Positions 10,143 through 26,521 are shown, counted from the first letter of the stretch. The stretch is DNA of 64,000 bases from Saccharolobus solfataricus P2 (GCF_000007005.1 NC_002754.1), one strand, 5' to 3'. The notes: generated from the sequence alone by a model not told the origin. Translations and numbers: made by a program.

Positions 10143-11558
10143 ATGAACTCAAGCAATCTAGCACTTCTAGTTCTAGTCTTTGGGACTTTGATGTCAGCAA
10201 TAGATACCACAATAGTAATTTTGGCAATACCAACAATAACTGAAGACTTACATGCAGACCTATTCATTATGATCTGGGTAATCATTTTGTATTTACTAGT
10301 TATAGCAGTATTCACTACTCAGTTGGGAAGATTGGGCGACATATATGGAAGGGCGAAATTTTACAACTTAGGCTTTGCAATCTTTACCTTAGGTTCAGCG
10401 TTATGTGGGGCGTCTCCCAATGCGATTTATTTAGTAGTCTTTAGGGGTATTCAAGGTATTGGGGCAGCTATGATGCAAGCCAATGCAGGGGCAATAATAG
10501 CGGATATTTTTCCTCCAAATAGAAGAGGAAGGGCTTATGGATATACTGCAATAGGTTGGAATGCTGGAGCTACATTGGGTATAGTCCTAGGTGGATTTAT
10601 TACTACCTTCGTTGGTTGGCGTTACATATTTTACATTAATGTACCGATAGGAATTATCGCATTGATCTTAGGTTTAAGGTACATCAAAACCTTAGAAACT
10701 AGGAAAGTTAAATTGGATATTGCTGGAATGGGTACTCTATTAGTCGCATTGTCATCCATGGTTTATGGCGCTGTCGATATTGCTGGATATGGGATTAGAG
10801 CTTTGAATATGGTCTTGATTTCCCTTGGTCTAGTAATTTTGCTAATATTCTTCTGGTTAGAGGGAAGACATGAATTCCCAATAATTGACTTAAGGGTCTT
10901 TAAGGGTAATAGAGTCTTCACGTTTTCATTGTTAGCGTCTTTCTTACAAAGTACTGGTTATTTAGCTACGGCGTTTATTATAATAATGTATTTACAAGGC
11001 ATAAGAGCTCTGTCACCTCTTAATGCGTCCCTTCTTCTCGTTCCCGGTTATGTCTTAGCCAGTCTAGTAGCTCCATTTACTGGTAGATTATCTGATAAGA
11101 TAGGTGCTAGAATGCCCGCTACTATAGGGTTAAGTTTAATGATAGTTGCTGTCTTAATTTACCTCACTCTCTCCCTGAATACCCCACTCTATATTGTAAT
11201 ATTGGCTTCTACAATTGGAGGCATAGGTTCTTCATTGTTTTTCCCTGCCAATAACAGCGCGATCATGGCAAATGCTCCTAAGGGATTTTATGGTGGTGCG
11301 TCTGGACTAGCAAGGACATTAGCCAACTTAGGGAGTATAATCAGTTATACAATAGCAATTAGCGTATCATCTATCGTCATTCCTAGATATGTGGCATTTG
11401 AGGTTTTCCTAGGGACTTCAAACCTTATAGGTGGTGTGGCTTCTGCGTTTCTAACAGGATTAAAGGCCGCATTTTACGTTTCCTTAGCTATCTTAGCAAT
11501 AGCGTTAGTACTTTCTGCAATTAGAGGTAAGGAGGTTAGAACTCAAGTTTCAAAGTGA
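10143..11558 (+). CDS. MFS transporter, DHA2/EmrB-QacA type
   Basis: About 14 hydrophobic segments; GRLGDIYGR and GRLSDKIG loop motifs. Confidence 0.9.
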   Translation: MNSSNLALLVLVFGTLMSAIDTTIVILAIPTITEDLHADLFIMIWVIILYLLVIAVFTTQLGRLGDIYGRAKFYNLGFAIFTLGSALCGASPNAIYLVVFRGIQGIGAAMMQANAGAIIADIFPPNRRGRAYGYTAIGWNAGATLGIVLGGFITTFVGWRYIFYINVPIGIIALILGLRYIKTLETRKVKLDIAGMGTLLVALSSMVYGAVDIAGYGIRALNMVLISLGLVILLIFFWLEGRHEFPIIDLRVFKGNRVFTFSLLASFLQSTGYLATAFIIIMYLQGIRALSPLNASLLLVPGYVLASLVAPFTGRLSDKIGARMPATIGLSLMIVAVLIYLTLSLNTPLYIVILASTIGGIGSSLFFPANNSAIMANAPKGFYGGASGLARTLANLGSIISYTIAISVSSIVIPRYVAFEVFLGTSNLIGGVASAFLTGLKAAFYVSLAILAIALVLSAIRGKEVRTQVSK

Positions 11559-11737
11559 ACAATTGAGATGCTTTTTGATCTATTGAATATATTTTTACTA
11601 TTAGACTACAATCATGTACTCGTTTCAATTCCTGTACGGATGTACAATTTAGCTTCGTGATAGCTCATTAATATTAGGTAAAATCCAATAAGTCCACAAA
11701 GTATGAACGCTAAAAATAGTTAATATGGAAACTTCAT

Positions 11738-11816
11738 TAGTGCTTTCAGAAAGTTTATAGCTTTAGGCAAAGGATATACCACTAGATCATAGTCTAAGAA
11801 CTTTTCCAAAATACTA
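11738..11816. mobile_element. SM1-type MITE
   Basis: 79 bp TAG...CTA, opposite orientation to the 7395 copy; flanked by an AT repeat. Confidence 0.9.
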
Positions 11817-12754
11817 ATGTTAAAATTTTTATCTTCTCCTCAATACGCTAATTACCGTTATTACAATAGTAGCTAGTATAATCACAATTATAACGTATAA
11901 TAAAGGAGATACACTTTGTGACTCGCTTGGGGGCTTATAGTTTAAAGCCGTTATTACAAACATTGCTGATGACCAAGTTAATGGTGACGTAGTAGGTAAA
12001 GGATATGCATATTTAGGATCTATAGCTTCTGGTAAAAGGCCATGTTGGGAGTGATTATAAGCCCAATACATTAAGTTTAAAGCCTCATTGCTTTTACCTA
12101 ATTCTTCTAGGTATAAGGCTTCAAAAAATGTGGTTATCATCCAAGGAGGTTCTGGGGCACTAGCATCGTAAAGCGATTGGGAGTAATGATACATATCATT
12201 AGGGAATCTTGCTAGCCCGCCAGTTAGGAAGAGCGTTCTGTTTACTAGTTTAAAGTTTGAAATGGAGTAATTGGAAGTGGGAGGAAGGTAACCAAAATCA
12301 ATTGGTAATAACGTAGCGGAATCTACTGATGGGGGTTCTGGAGTCAATATTGACTCACTTTTCCCCCCTTCAAATATAACTGAAACTCCTAATGCTGAGG
12401 CAAAATAATCGTTATTCCAGAAATTCTTCAAAATGCTTTGATTTAATTCTTTCTCGTAGTTTAGAACTATAGTGTAATTGCTAAAGTTTAGTGCCTTATA
12501 TATTTCAGCAACGCTTTGTAATCCAAGAACGTTAAAAGCTTCTGTCCAGAAGTGATATGCGTCTCTATCCTCCCATACACTTAGATCTTGTGGAAGCAGA
12601 TGGTAATTGGACTCAGTTATCTCTTTAATCTGATACTTCACACACTTATCTAATGTAGGTAATATTTGCTTAAGAAACGTCGCATTATCAGTAGTATTAT
12701 AATATTCATTTACTCCAACTTCGTATAATCCTATTCCATCAAGCTCTGGTATTC

Positions 12755-14015
12755 GGGCGGCTCAGGAGTCCATTGCGATTTCAATTTATTTCTATAGAAT
12801 TAGATAAGAGAAATTGATTCCACATTTTGAGTAATACTAATAGGGGGCGAGCATGAGGTAATATCATGGAACTCTTAACTGTTAACGAGGTAGCCCTCTA
12901 CGGCGTTAAGCTAAGGGAGCTCGTAGAGGGACCCGGACAGAGCTCGACCCTCACGCTCGTCCCCAAGATATTACCCGATGATGCCCTATTAAACAAATCG
13001 GTCCCGGAGATCGAGAGGATGGCCTTGGAGGAGGCGGAGAGGGTGAGCCCCAACTACAGGAGGGGTAAGGAGGTGAAGAGGAAGGGTTACGCGAGGTACA
13101 GGTTCCTTAAGGGGTTTAGGATTGTGATGGTGGGAAGGGAGATGAGGTACGAGCTGGAGTGGATCTCGGTGAGGCTTCCCGTGCTTTACTGTGAGGGGAG
13201 AGTGAGGACGCAGGTTGAGGAGACTCTCCTGAGGGAGGAAAGGAAGGTATTCATGGCCTTGATGGCGGTCTACTCGGTGAAGGGTGGTAAGCTCAACGCA
13301 AAGATCTGGATGCCCGAGATTGAAATTGGCGGTGACTTCAGGTACGTTATAGTTGACGGGAAGTACGTGAAGCTTAAGAGGCGAAAGGCTGTCCTCCTGG
13401 TGGCCATTGGCGTGACCCAGGAAGGAAGGAGGGCGGTACTCGAGGTCATCGTAAGCGAGGCTGAGGACACCATGGCCTATTGGAGTCTCCTGGTCAGGGT
13501 TTGGAAGAGGTCGAGCTTCGTCCTGGTCGTAGCCGACGGGATCCAGGCCTTGGACAAGGCCATCTCCCTCGCCGAACTTCACGTGGGAAGGCAGGGCTGC
13601 CTGGTCCACCTCAAGCGCCGCGCGACCAAGGAGGAAAGGGAGGCTTTAGACGCGATCACCTCGTCGGCCGAGCTCGGAGAGATCAAGCCCGAGACCAACC
13701 CAACCCTTCTAAGCTACCTCGTTGCGAGCAAGGAGCTCTGGAAATGGCTCAAGACCAACAACCTGGTCGAGTCCTTCAACTCGCTCCTGGAGAGGAGGAG
13801 GTTCGGGTCGTTTCACAGTCCCTGGAGGATACTCCAGATCGCGCGGGCCATAGCCCTCTACTACAACCTATTGACCTATTTTCTCACTATTGTAATAATA
13901 TTACAATCATCTTCATTCCTCCCAATTCCTCAGAAATATATCCAATAATTTATACATTGAATAAGTGTAATTAAGAGTCAGGAAATACAATTCGCAATGG
14001 ACTCCTGAGCCGCCC
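12755..14015 (+). mobile_element. IS256-family element (ISC1250-like)
   Basis: TIR GGGCGGCTCAGGAGTCCATTGCGA; 9-bp TSD CTGGTATTC (12746-12754, 14016-14024); GC-rich. Confidence 0.92.
12866..13948 (+). CDS. IS256-family transposase
   Basis: IVDGKY, VADG, QGCLVH and TNNLVESFN motifs. Confidence 0.9.
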   Translation: MELLTVNEVALYGVKLRELVEGPGQSSTLTLVPKILPDDALLNKSVPEIERMALEEAERVSPNYRRGKEVKRKGYARYRFLKGFRIVMVGREMRYELEWISVRLPVLYCEGRVRTQVEETLLREERKVFMALMAVYSVKGGKLNAKIWMPEIEIGGDFRYVIVDGKYVKLKRRKAVLLVAIGVTQEGRRAVLEVIVSEAEDTMAYWSLLVRVWKRSSFVLVVADGIQALDKAISLAELHVGRQGCLVHLKRRATKEEREALDAITSSAELGEIKPETNPTLLSYLVASKELWKWLKTNNLVESFNSLLERRRFGSFHSPWRILQIARAIALYYNLLTYFLTIVIILQSSSFLPIPQKYIQ

Positions 14016-14951
14016 CTGGTATTCCAAATGTAGTATCAGGATTGCCATTATAGAAATCATATCTAGTGTACCAAACTCCGGGTTGTAATTGCTCAGCATG
14101 ACTCATCCATAGCCAAAACTTTAAAGCGGAGTCGTAATGTCCAGCCAATTGCAAGGCCATAGCACTAAAGGCCGAATCCCTCACCCAGGAAAACAGATAA
14201 ATTGGTGATGGTGAAGCAGCGAATGTCCCTAAATATGGATTTTGGTCATCTTTAATTAGTAGAAGTGAAAGATAGTATTCTTTCAATAAATCGTTTGGCA
14301 AGCTATTTGGTAACTTAGATGCGTTAAGCCATTTTTCTACTTCTATATCATTTAATTCAAGTAACCCCGATATGTTAAAATTAGGTTTCTCTCCAATGCT
14401 CAACTCCAAGAACCATTCTCCTTTGTTAACGTTTATTTTTACGGTCTTGTTCTGAATAAGGTAACTAGTATTCGTTAAAATGTAAATTTGGGGAGTAGTG
14501 TCTACACTAATAATAGAATTGTTTATTGATATGCTAGTATTAGTGGCAATATCAATCGAGGTTGTTGAGTTCGCATTTAACAGAATAAGGATATATGGAG
14601 TTTTAGGTGGCATGATTATAGAGATATTTCCACTAGTGGAGGCTAGATTAATGGTATTATTGAGATTCAAATAGGCTAAAGTCGTTATAACGTTAAAGCT
14701 CACGGTGAGGTTAACTATACCGTATTTTCCAATGTAAAAGTTTCTTATGGATGTATTAAAGAGAGGAAATCCATTAAGTTGGGGATTCGGTACTGGTATT
14801 CCGGTTACTATCCAAATGGATTGGTTTTTCCAATTGTTTAATAGTAGATAAGATGGTGAATAATATTTCAGTGATGATGTAGCAGAAAATGTTAACAAGG
14901 GGTTTAGAAAGGATAAAAATATCAGAATTATAAAAATAATTTCTTCTCCTC

Positions 14952-16054
14952 TCACTTCTTGCTCACTTTCTCATATTGCTCAAGTAGATTTCTTTCGCTT
15001 GAAGCATCGAAGAGGACTACTTTGCTAGTATCAATGGATATTCGTACCTTTTCTCCCCTTTCTCGTCTAGACAATGATTTCTCTATAACTCTAATAGTAG
15101 TTTCTTCATTGATCTTTAAGTGAATTATACTATATGGTCCTAGATCCTCTACCATTTCAACCTTTCCTTCTATTTCTCCACTATTACGTATCTCCATATC
15201 TTCTGGTCTAACTCCTACAAGAACTTTTTGACCATTTTTCACTAAATTTTTGTACTCTTCTGGTAATCCTATTCTATAGCTATCTATTATTATGGAGTCG
15301 CCTTCTATTTCACCTCTTATAATGTTCATTGGGGGATTTCCTAAGAAGCTCCCTACCCAAGCACTATTTGGTCTCTTGTAGATTTCCATCGGATCGCCAT
15401 AAGCTTGTACTACACCATCGTGAAGTATTGCAACTTTTGTTGCTAAGCTTAGAGCTTCAACTTGATCGTGAGTAACGTATATTATTGTAGGCTTAAGATC
15501 ACGTTGTAGTTGCTTGAGCTCTTCTCTAGCCACTACCCTAACTTGTGCGTCTAAATTAGATAAAGGTTCGTCCATTAGGATTATATCAGCTCCTTTTACT
15601 AATGCCCTTGCAATAGCAACCCTTTGCATTTGCCCTCCGCTTAACTGGCTAGGTTTCCTCTCTAACAAATTGTCTATCCTTAGCATTCTAGCTACCTCTA
15701 ACACCCTTTTCTTTATCTCATCTTTTGACAAGTGCATTACTTTTAGCGGGAACGCTATGTTATCATAAACTGACATAAAAGGGTATATTGCGTAGTTTTG
15801 AGGTACCATTGCTACTCTTCTATCTTTAGGAGGTAAATCGTCTACAACTTCACCTCTCAAATAGACATGTCCCTTATCTTGTCTTAATAATCCAGCTATA
15901 ATCTTCAAAATTGTAGTTTTTCCTTCTCCAGATGGCCCTAAGATTACTACAAATTCTCCCTTTTCTATCTCTAAATTCAGTCCCCTAAGAACTTGCACTT
16001 TCCTTTTCTTCTCCTCATACTCCTTCCAAATATTCTCTAATTTAACGTAACTCA

Positions 16055-16058
<4 letters not shown>
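14952..16058 (-). CDS. Sugar ABC transporter ATPase (MalK-like)
   Basis: GPSGEGKTT, LSGGQMQRVA, LMDEPLSNLD; C-terminal TOBE region. Confidence 0.95.
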
Positions 16059-16945
<887 letters not shown>

Positions 16946-16946
16946 C

Positions 16947-17840
16947 TCATGTAAACGAATCTAAAATTCTCGTGTATTTGATAACTATTATTCCTAAAAC
17001 TATTACGAAAATGGTTGATATTATGGACCAAGCAGCTGCTAGAGCGAAATTATTGTAGCTAAAGGCCTCTTGATAGGCATAAACTATAAATGTCTCAGTC
17101 GAGATCCCGGGACCTCCACCGGTTAGGACATAAATTGGATAAAAGTTATTCCAAGTAAACACGAAGCTAGTTATGAACACGAATGCAATAGTCCTCTTGA
17201 GAGAGGGTAATGTTATAGTTAAGAATTTTGTGAAAGCATTAGCTCCGTCTAAATCTGCTATGTCGTACAGTTCTCTAGGTATACTCTGTAATGCTGAGTA
17301 GAACACTGTCATAAAATATGGGAACGAAAGCCAATCATTAGTGGCTATTAGCTCTATCCAAGCATCAGTAGTTGAAGTCAAAGAGTTCACTTTAGGTAAA
17401 TGGAGTAATGGCAAGATTAGCCTATTCATCATCCCGTACGGATCTACCCATAAACCTTGCCATATTAGAATAGATATAAAGCCCGGAAAAGCCCAAGGTA
17501 GTATTAATATAGCGTAAAAAATTGATCTTCCCTTAAGGTCTGTTTGGTTTAGAATCAAGGCTAATACAAAACCTAACGACATCATCGTTAACAAACTACC
17601 TATAGTCCAGATTAACGTATTCTTTAACAGCTCCAAGAAATAGCCATATTGAAATATAATGAGATAATTCCTCAATCCAACATAACTGTAGGTTAAAAAG
17701 TGTAATAAGCTTAGATTAGTAAATGAAATATAAACTGAATAAAGTAATGGAAATACGAAGAGGAAAACTGTTACTATGACTATGGGCAAAATATAAAAAA
17801 GGGAAAATAACTTTTCTTTTTTCATTTCTTGATTCACCAT
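16947..17840 (-). CDS. Sugar ABC permease (MalF-like)
   Basis: ALQSIPRELYDIADLDGA EAA loop. Confidence 0.92.
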   Translation of the reverse strand: MVNQEMKKEKLFSLFYILPIVIVTVFLFVFPLLYSVYISFTNLSLLHFLTYSYVGLRNYLIIFQYGYFLELLKNTLIWTIGSLLTMMSLGFVLALILNQTDLKGRSIFYAILILPWAFPGFISILIWQGLWVDPYGMMNRLILPLLHLPKVNSLTSTTDAWIELIATNDWLSFPYFMTVFYSALQSIPRELYDIADLDGANAFTKFLTITLPSLKRTIAFVFITSFVFTWNNFYPIYVLTGGGPGISTETFIVYAYQEAFSYNNFALAAAWSIISTIFVIVLGIIVIKYTRILDSFT

Positions 17841-19405
17841 CTTTTTCTAGGAGTAATCACTACGACCATTGGCGTTAATATCACTGAGATTAGTAATAAC
17901 ATATACTGAGGAATTATGGGTAAAGGTGATAGTGAAGACATTAGGCCGTTTTGAACAAGAGCTTGAATAAAAGCTTGTTCCATTCCTTGCGATGCTTGAG
18001 TCGCATTTACCTTATTAGCGAAGAACTCACTGGCATATTGATGGAATGAGTTCCAGTAGTACGCCATTTGGGGTATGTTGGGGAATTGTTGACCATATTG
18101 AGCTTGTTCTAAAATGCCTTCCATTATTTGATTAAGGTATGTTGGTTGTAACATTCCTTCCTTTAATTGGGTTAGAGCCTCATTATAGGCTTGCAAATTA
18201 GCTGGTATATCGTGTGCAACTTCCCATAATCTCAAATCAGCCTGATAGTTAGTGAAATATAGAACGAATAATAATGCTGCCTTTATCTGTAATGGTGTAG
18301 CACCGCTTGCTTGAGGTGAAGATACTAAAAAGCCAGTTGAACCTATAAATGGTGCAGCTCTTAATCCAGTTTGGCTAACTACCGGTAGCGGTGCAGCTCC
18401 TAAATTAGGTCCTAATGCTTGGAGATACGCATTTAAATCCCAAGGACCATCAAATATTATGGCAGTTTGATTGGCAACAAATAGCTGACCTTCAGCACCT
18501 CCAGCACCAGTAGAAGGAGCCAAGTAATTGACCTTAAGATTATAAGTTAAATTATACCAGAAGTTCAATGCGTTAACCATAGCAGTACTGTTTAAAGCAG
18601 GAACAATCTTGCCATTATTAGTAGTAAATATTTGTCCTCCAAATCCGGCAAACCACGCTGCAAATCTATACCCATATTCATCACCAGCTCCATATGCTAT
18701 TCCCCAGACATGATAAGTTTTGTTAACGCTTTCGGCTATTTGTACTAGCTGTTCAGTAGTGTTAGGAGGATACGGGACGAACTTCTTGTTATAGAACATA
18801 ACAATATAGTTCACATTATCTGGTAGTCCATATAAGGAGCCGTTTAATTCCCAATCTTTTATTGCAGTAGGTACGTATAGAGACGTTATACTCTGAGGCA
18901 AATATTGAGATAAGTTTAGTACTAGTCCAGCAGCGAATAACGCGCCTCCAGAATCACTAGTATCCCTATATACTATCGGAGCTTGTCCAGCTTTTGCAGC
19001 AGTCTCGAATTGGGAAGTACCAACTCCAACTCCATATGTTACTTGAACGTGAATCCATGGAAATGCTTGCTCGAACTGAGCTAGTGTTTCATTAAACGCT
19101 TGATTTTCAGAGGTACTATAACTATTCCATACTGTTATTGTAACTGGTGTGGAAGGCGGAGTTGAGATACCAACCAACTGCATTAAAGCTTGAGGGTTAC
19201 TAGTATTTAGAACACTTGAGGTTGTTGTACTACTTGTTGTAGATGTAAAAGAGGTAGTTGTTGATGATGGTGCAGCTGGTGAATGTTGGCTGCTTAAAAA
19301 TGCATAAACACCTCCTATTGCTATCACAATCACTACAACTATTATAACCGCTACTAATGTCTTTGAAATCGCCTTATAATCTATCTTTTTCCCTTTTCTA
19401 CCCAA
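17834..19405 (-). CDS. Maltose/maltodextrin-type ABC substrate-binding protein
   Basis: N-terminal TM, Ser/Thr linker, MalE-like motifs (YGLP, MFYNK, AIIFDGPW, GAAPLP), C-terminal TM. Confidence 0.9.
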   Translation of the reverse strand: MGRKGKKIDYKAISKTLVAVIIVVVIVIAIGGVYAFLSSQHSPAAPSSTTTSFTSTTSSTTTSSVLNTSNPQALMQLVGISTPPSTPVTITVWNSYSTSENQAFNETLAQFEQAFPWIHVQVTYGVGVGTSQFETAAKAGQAPIVYRDTSDSGGALFAAGLVLNLSQYLPQSITSLYVPTAIKDWELNGSLYGLPDNVNYIVMFYNKKFVPYPPNTTEQLVQIAESVNKTYHVWGIAYGAGDEYGYRFAAWFAGFGGQIFTTNNGKIVPALNSTAMVNALNFWYNLTYNLKVNYLAPSTGAGGAEGQLFVANQTAIIFDGPWDLNAYLQALGPNLGAAPLPVVSQTGLRAAPFIGSTGFLVSSPQASGATPLQIKAALLFVLYFTNYQADLRLWEVAHDIPANLQAYNEALTQLKEGMLQPTYLNQIMEGILEQAQYGQQFPNIPQMAYYWNSFHQYASEFFANKVNATQASQGMEQAFIQALVQNGLMSSLSPLPIIPQYMLLLISVILTPMVVVITPRKRW

Positions 19406-19603
19406 GGCGAACCCACCTTATTTATTTAATTCTTTCTATGGTATAAAAGTTTAGCTTGCTGATTTTTGCCTAAATGTTTGATAATGATAGTTAATCACAA
19501 ATGTGGGAATTTTTTAGTTATTAATATAGGGAAAATCATCTATAAGATTTTACATAGCGGGGTAACTTTCAAATAAAACTCTATGTAAGTAGAAAAGTTT
19601 ATA

Positions 19604-22312
<2,709 letters not shown>

Positions 22313-22319
22313 TTTAAAG

Positions 22320-23573
22320 TTAATCTTCATCATCTTTTCCATTATTTCCTGCTATTTCAAGTACTTCTGCATAGATAAACCCAGCAATTATCCAAGCGAA
22401 GAATATGTAGTTAATTATGGGAGTGTTTTCTTGTATCGAATACACTAATATTATTAAGGATAATAACGTAGAAGTGATCGCAATCGTTATTTCCATTTTT
22501 CTCTTCCTTAGTTTTTTCAACGCTATCCTAAATAGCGAAAGATTGGCTGAAAGTGATATTATCAAATAGCTTAATACCGTAAGTCCCCCTAAAACTAGAA
22601 AGGTTGTATATAGCCCAACGAAGTGAGTTAGGAGAAACAAAATAACAGTATAGATAATGAGTGATATGACCTCAGCGTTATATGGTCTATTATATTTAAC
22701 CGATGAAATAATCGATGGCATAAGATTCTTTAATGACATTGCATGAAGGATCCTAGACATCGCTATAATATAGGCTATTCCACCCAATATTCCACCATTT
22801 AAAGCTGAGAAGATCAAATAGGGAAATATGAATCCAACCTTATCTAAAAGAATTTCTATCAAATCAGTCCCATATAGCGCACTGGCGTAAAAAAGCAAAG
22901 CTGATAGCAATCCACCTAAAAGTATCACGATAACAGTAATTATCCCCACAATTTTCTTCGCATTCTTTATATCTTCACTCATTGGGTTCAAATTTCCATA
23001 ACCTATGGGCATTCCTATGGCGTAAAGTATAACTAGAAAGGGATTAGTCGGAATCGTTAAGTTAAAACTTGGTTTCGTCCCTAACAATAGCACAACTGAG
23101 CTGACAATTATTGCAACTATCTCAGCAATACTTATGAACTCGGCGTATTTAACGGAAACATCTAAACCCCTTATAACCAGAAATGCTGAAAATAATATGA
23201 CTAGAAATGCAACTAGGTCAGCACTTATCTTTAAATAACTTGTTATAATGTAAATTGAACCAGCTAATAATGTACCACCATAACTAAATGCATAAAGTAA
23301 AAATAGCCATCCAGTTACTAATCCTAGCCTTTCGGTAAGCGAATAGAAGGCATAGGTGAAGTATCCTCCATGTTGGGAATACCTTAACGACAATCTATAT
23401 ATTACTATGCCATTCACTAACACTAGAATCGTCCCAATAATTGTGGCAATAGTTAAGAAGGATCCACCAAGTTGTAGACCTATAGTACCAAATGTAATTA
23501 TTGAGGTAAAGGGCGCTTGTCCTCCAAAGGACAGTGAAAAGGCTTCAAAAACTGAAAGTTTTCTTCTACTCAC
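22320..23573 (-). CDS. APC family amino acid permease
   Basis: About 12 TM segments; SFGGQAP TM1 and GGYFTY motifs. Confidence 0.85.
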   Translation of the reverse strand: MSRRKLSVFEAFSLSFGGQAPFTSIITFGTIGLQLGGSFLTIATIIGTILVLVNGIVIYRLSLRYSQHGGYFTYAFYSLTERLGLVTGWLFLLYAFSYGGTLLAGSIYIITSYLKISADLVAFLVILFSAFLVIRGLDVSVKYAEFISIAEIVAIIVSSVVLLLGTKPSFNLTIPTNPFLVILYAIGMPIGYGNLNPMSEDIKNAKKIVGIITVIVILLGGLLSALLFYASALYGTDLIEILLDKVGFIFPYLIFSALNGGILGGIAYIIAMSRILHAMSLKNLMPSIISSVKYNRPYNAEVISLIIYTVILFLLTHFVGLYTTFLVLGGLTVLSYLIISLSANLSLFRIALKKLRKRKMEITIAITSTLLSLIILVYSIQENTPIINYIFFAWIIAGFIYAEVLEIAGNNGKDDED

Positions 23574-23609
23574 ACACTGTGTTTAACGTTAACCCTTTAA
23601 AAATTCTGT

Positions 23610-24533
23610 CTAGAGATAGAAGGATAATATTACTATTATTACATAAACACCAATCAGAATTACAGATTCAAATGTCTTAAGCCTCTTATCAAAAAGTACA
23701 TATAAGGCTATCATATTAGCAATTAGGGAAGAAGCGTATTCTGGTAAGGCTTGCTGTAATTCGTAATCCGTAAAAATACCTATAATCCCTAACAATACAG
23801 TTGCGTTCTCGATCTTACTTCCAACGAAACTCAAAATCGAAAGCGATCCTCCATCTTTGGACATTAGAACCAACCTAAATGCCGAGATCTTTTCTTCAAG
23901 TTCTCCCGCTATAGGTGCTATTACTAGTGAAAGCCATATTGCAGGAACATTGAACATGATTGCGATCTCATTTATATACTCTACAAAGTAATGCGAAAAG
24001 ACCACTAGTAGAACCCCTCCAGCAATTATAAATCCAACTGGCTTCATTAAATTACCCTTTTCTCTCTCCATTCCCTCTCTCCTAAATTTAGCTACCCTAT
24101 AGACAACGTAAATAACGTAGATTAATATAAGTAAAAGCCCCGAAATGATATTTAATTTTCCGTAAATCAGAACGAGTAACATTCCAATAGTAGTTAATAC
24201 CAGAAAAACATTTTCAACACTATACTCACTAGAAATTTGAAGTGCAGTCCTCCACTTAAATGCATAAAATACTCCAACTAGTCCAATACCTAATGTAAAT
24301 AACAATACGTTACCTCCAATTGCTGAGCCTAATGCAACATCAAAACTACCTTCTAAAGATGCTACAATTACGAAAATGGTCTCTGGTAACGCCGTGAGGA
24401 ATCCGAGTATTATACCACCAGTTATACCTTGTCCTAAGAAATCCTCTAGTTCGTCTGCCCCTTTAGCTAAGAGCTCTGCAGACACAAAGATCGCTATGAA
24501 AATTCCGATAAATTCTAACCAAAATAGTAGCAT
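23610..24533 (-). CDS. Na+/Ca2+ exchanger (CaCA) family protein
   Basis: Alpha-repeat FLTALPE and GSAIGGN motifs; twofold internal repeat. Confidence 0.85.
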   Translation of the reverse strand: MLLFWLEFIGIFIAIFVSAELLAKGADELEDFLGQGITGGIILGFLTALPETIFVIVASLEGSFDVALGSAIGGNVLLFTLGIGLVGVFYAFKWRTALQISSEYSVENVFLVLTTIGMLLVLIYGKLNIISGLLLILIYVIYVVYRVAKFRREGMEREKGNLMKPVGFIIAGGVLLVVFSHYFVEYINEIAIMFNVPAIWLSLVIAPIAGELEEKISAFRLVLMSKDGGSLSILSFVGSKIENATVLLGIIGIFTDYELQQALPEYASSLIANMIALYVLFDKRLKTFESVILIGVYVIIVILSFYL

Positions 24534-24715
24534 TCTTCATAGTAATCAAGTTATATGCTTATAAGATTAATCTCTTAAGATAGAATTAATCTAATATTCA
24601 ATCACTAAAATCTTTGGATTAAGATGAGAAAATACTCAGATATGAATTTAGCCGAACATATGGATATTGCTAAAAGCTTTTTTAAGGATTACTTTTGGAT
24701 AATACTTAAAGTGAG

Positions 24716-26521
24716 ATGTATATGAAGGCAAAGCATTTAATTTCCTTAATAGTAATATTAACTCCATTAGTTACTTTACTCACTAGCGCCGTCTATACGT
24801 CTGGTGGTATAACTTTTTACAGTCCAGCCTATAACGGTGAGTCCTATTACACTGGGCAATCAATAACCATTGACGCATTACTACCGCAACAATTTGCAAC
24901 AGATGCAGCAACCATAAACTTCTTTTTCCCCAATTCATCCTTAGCTGTGACAATACCCGTTCAAATTAATGGAAGTGGTGGAATATACGTACCTAATGCC
25001 TATGCTTTCCCCAATGTTCCCGGGACATGGCAAATTACAATAGAAGTTGCGGGCGGTGTGGCAGTAGGTACCATTAACGTTAACGTTATTCAAAGAACTC
25101 CATTAGTTACAGTACATCTGGGTTACGGTGTTGTCGGTCAAGCACTACCACAAACGCCAACCATAACCTTAACTTTCCCTAATGGTACAACAATTACAGT
25201 TCCTCTTCAAGGTACAGTTAACGTTCCTTCCGGTACTTCATATCAAGTTGAGCAAGCAATAACTGAAAATAATATCAGATGGGCTACCAATTACACTAGT
25301 GGTACTATAACCCCAGCGACTACATCCATAACGCCTACATATTATCAACAATATCTAGTTACCTTTAATTACACAGTCCAAGGAGGTACTGGCTACTCTC
25401 CACCTACAGTTTACTATCGAAGTCTTGGAATGAACGAAACAGCAAAAGCACCAGCATCAGTTTGGGTAGATGCCAATTCAGCTTATATTTACTCGCCAGA
25501 ACTTCAATCTAACGTCCAAGGAGAGAGATGGATAGCGGTAAACTTCACTGGGATCATTAAAGCTCCTGGCGAAATCAATGAATATTATATTAACCAATAT
25601 CTAGTTACCGTACAATCCCAAATCCCAGTTTACGCAATAGTAAACGGAGCTAACGAGACCTTAAACTCTACAAACTGGTTCACACAAGGCACTACAATCA
25701 AACTAGAAAATATAACGAAATACGTAAGCAGTGTTGAGAGATATGTAATAGCTAATTTCTCACCCTCAGAGGTTATAACAGTAAATCAGCCTACTACGAT
25801 AAAAGTAAATACTGTAACCCAATATTTCATTAACGTTAACTCTCCAGTTCAATTAAAAGCCTTAATAAACGGCGCAAATGAAAGCCTTACAGCAGGTTGG
25901 TATAATCAAGGAACATCAATCAAAATAGAGAACCTTACATACTACGTGGGAAATGGAGAGAGATTAATCTTAGGTAAAGTTCTTCCATCCTTAGAGATAA
26001 TTGTAAATGGCTCCTATACCATAAGCACTACAACCATAACTCAATACTTCGTCAACGTCTCTTCTCCCATACCAGTCCAAGTACTAATTAACGGTTCTAA
26101 GACTATACTTAACTCCTCCTGGATAAACGCTGGAACATCGATACTAGTGTTAAACTACACTTACAACATTAGTCCACAAGAGAGGGTTATAATAGTTGGT
26201 ATATCACCCTCACAGTCATTTACAGTGAACTCACCCGAAACCCTAAAGCTACTTACAGTCACACAATATCTAGTCACAATTAATGGTGTGTCTAAATTCT
26301 ATAACTCGGGATCAAAGATAGTCCTTAATGCGAGTGTGCCATTCTACGAAACTGCCACGTTTAAGGGAACGTATAATGTCTCTCCGGGAGCTACAATTAC
26401 AGTGAACCAACCAATAACTGAAACATTAGTAGAATCTCCAAATTACTTAATTTTAGGAGCAATAGCAGCTGTTATAATAATAGTAGTAGCTGTGGTGGTA
26501 ATAATCCTCTTAAGGCGTTAA
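24716..26521 (+). CDS. Cell-surface glycoprotein with repeated QY(L/F)V..NG..W beta modules
   Basis: Signal peptide, repeats of about 75 aa, many N-x-S/T sequons, C-terminal TM plus basic tail. Confidence 0.75.
   Translation: MYMKAKHLISLIVILTPLVTLLTSAVYTSGGITFYSPAYNGESYYTGQSITIDALLPQQFATDAATINFFFPNSSLAVTIPVQINGSGGIYVPNAYAFPNVPGTWQITIEVAGGVAVGTINVNVIQRTPLVTVHLGYGVVGQALPQTPTITLTFPNGTTITVPLQGTVNVPSGTSYQVEQAITENNIRWATNYTSGTITPATTSITPTYYQQYLVTFNYTVQGGTGYSPPTVYYRSLGMNETAKAPASVWVDANSAYIYSPELQSNVQGERWIAVNFTGIIKAPGEINEYYINQYLVTVQSQIPVYAIVNGANETLNSTNWFTQGTTIKLENITKYVSSVERYVIANFSPSEVITVNQPTTIKVNTVTQYFINVNSPVQLKALINGANESLTAGWYNQGTSIKIENLTYYVGNGERLILGKVLPSLEIIVNGSYTISTTTITQYFVNVSSPIPVQVLINGSKTILNSSWINAGTSILVLNYTYNISPQERVIIVGISPSQSFTVNSPETLKLLTVTQYLVTINGVSKFYNSGSKIVLNASVPFYETATFKGTYNVSPGATITVNQPITETLVESPNYLILGAIAAVIIIVVAVVVIILLRR

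Larger units (their letters stand above)
11829..14955 (-). pseudogene. Secreted, membrane-anchored GH15 glucoamylase-like gene split by an IS256 element
   Basis: Signal peptide, GH15 motifs FSWVRDSA, GLLPE, SPLTWSSA and C-terminal TM; removing IS plus 9-bp TSD restores FGIP-ELDGIG and a 618-codon ORF. Confidence 0.88.

Noticed and set aside
12989-13974. Long overlapping ORFs (206 aa, 164 aa) in the IS256 element, and the 147-aa antisense ORFs in ISC1058
   Set aside because: Shadow ORFs of transposase genes with no recognisable motifs.
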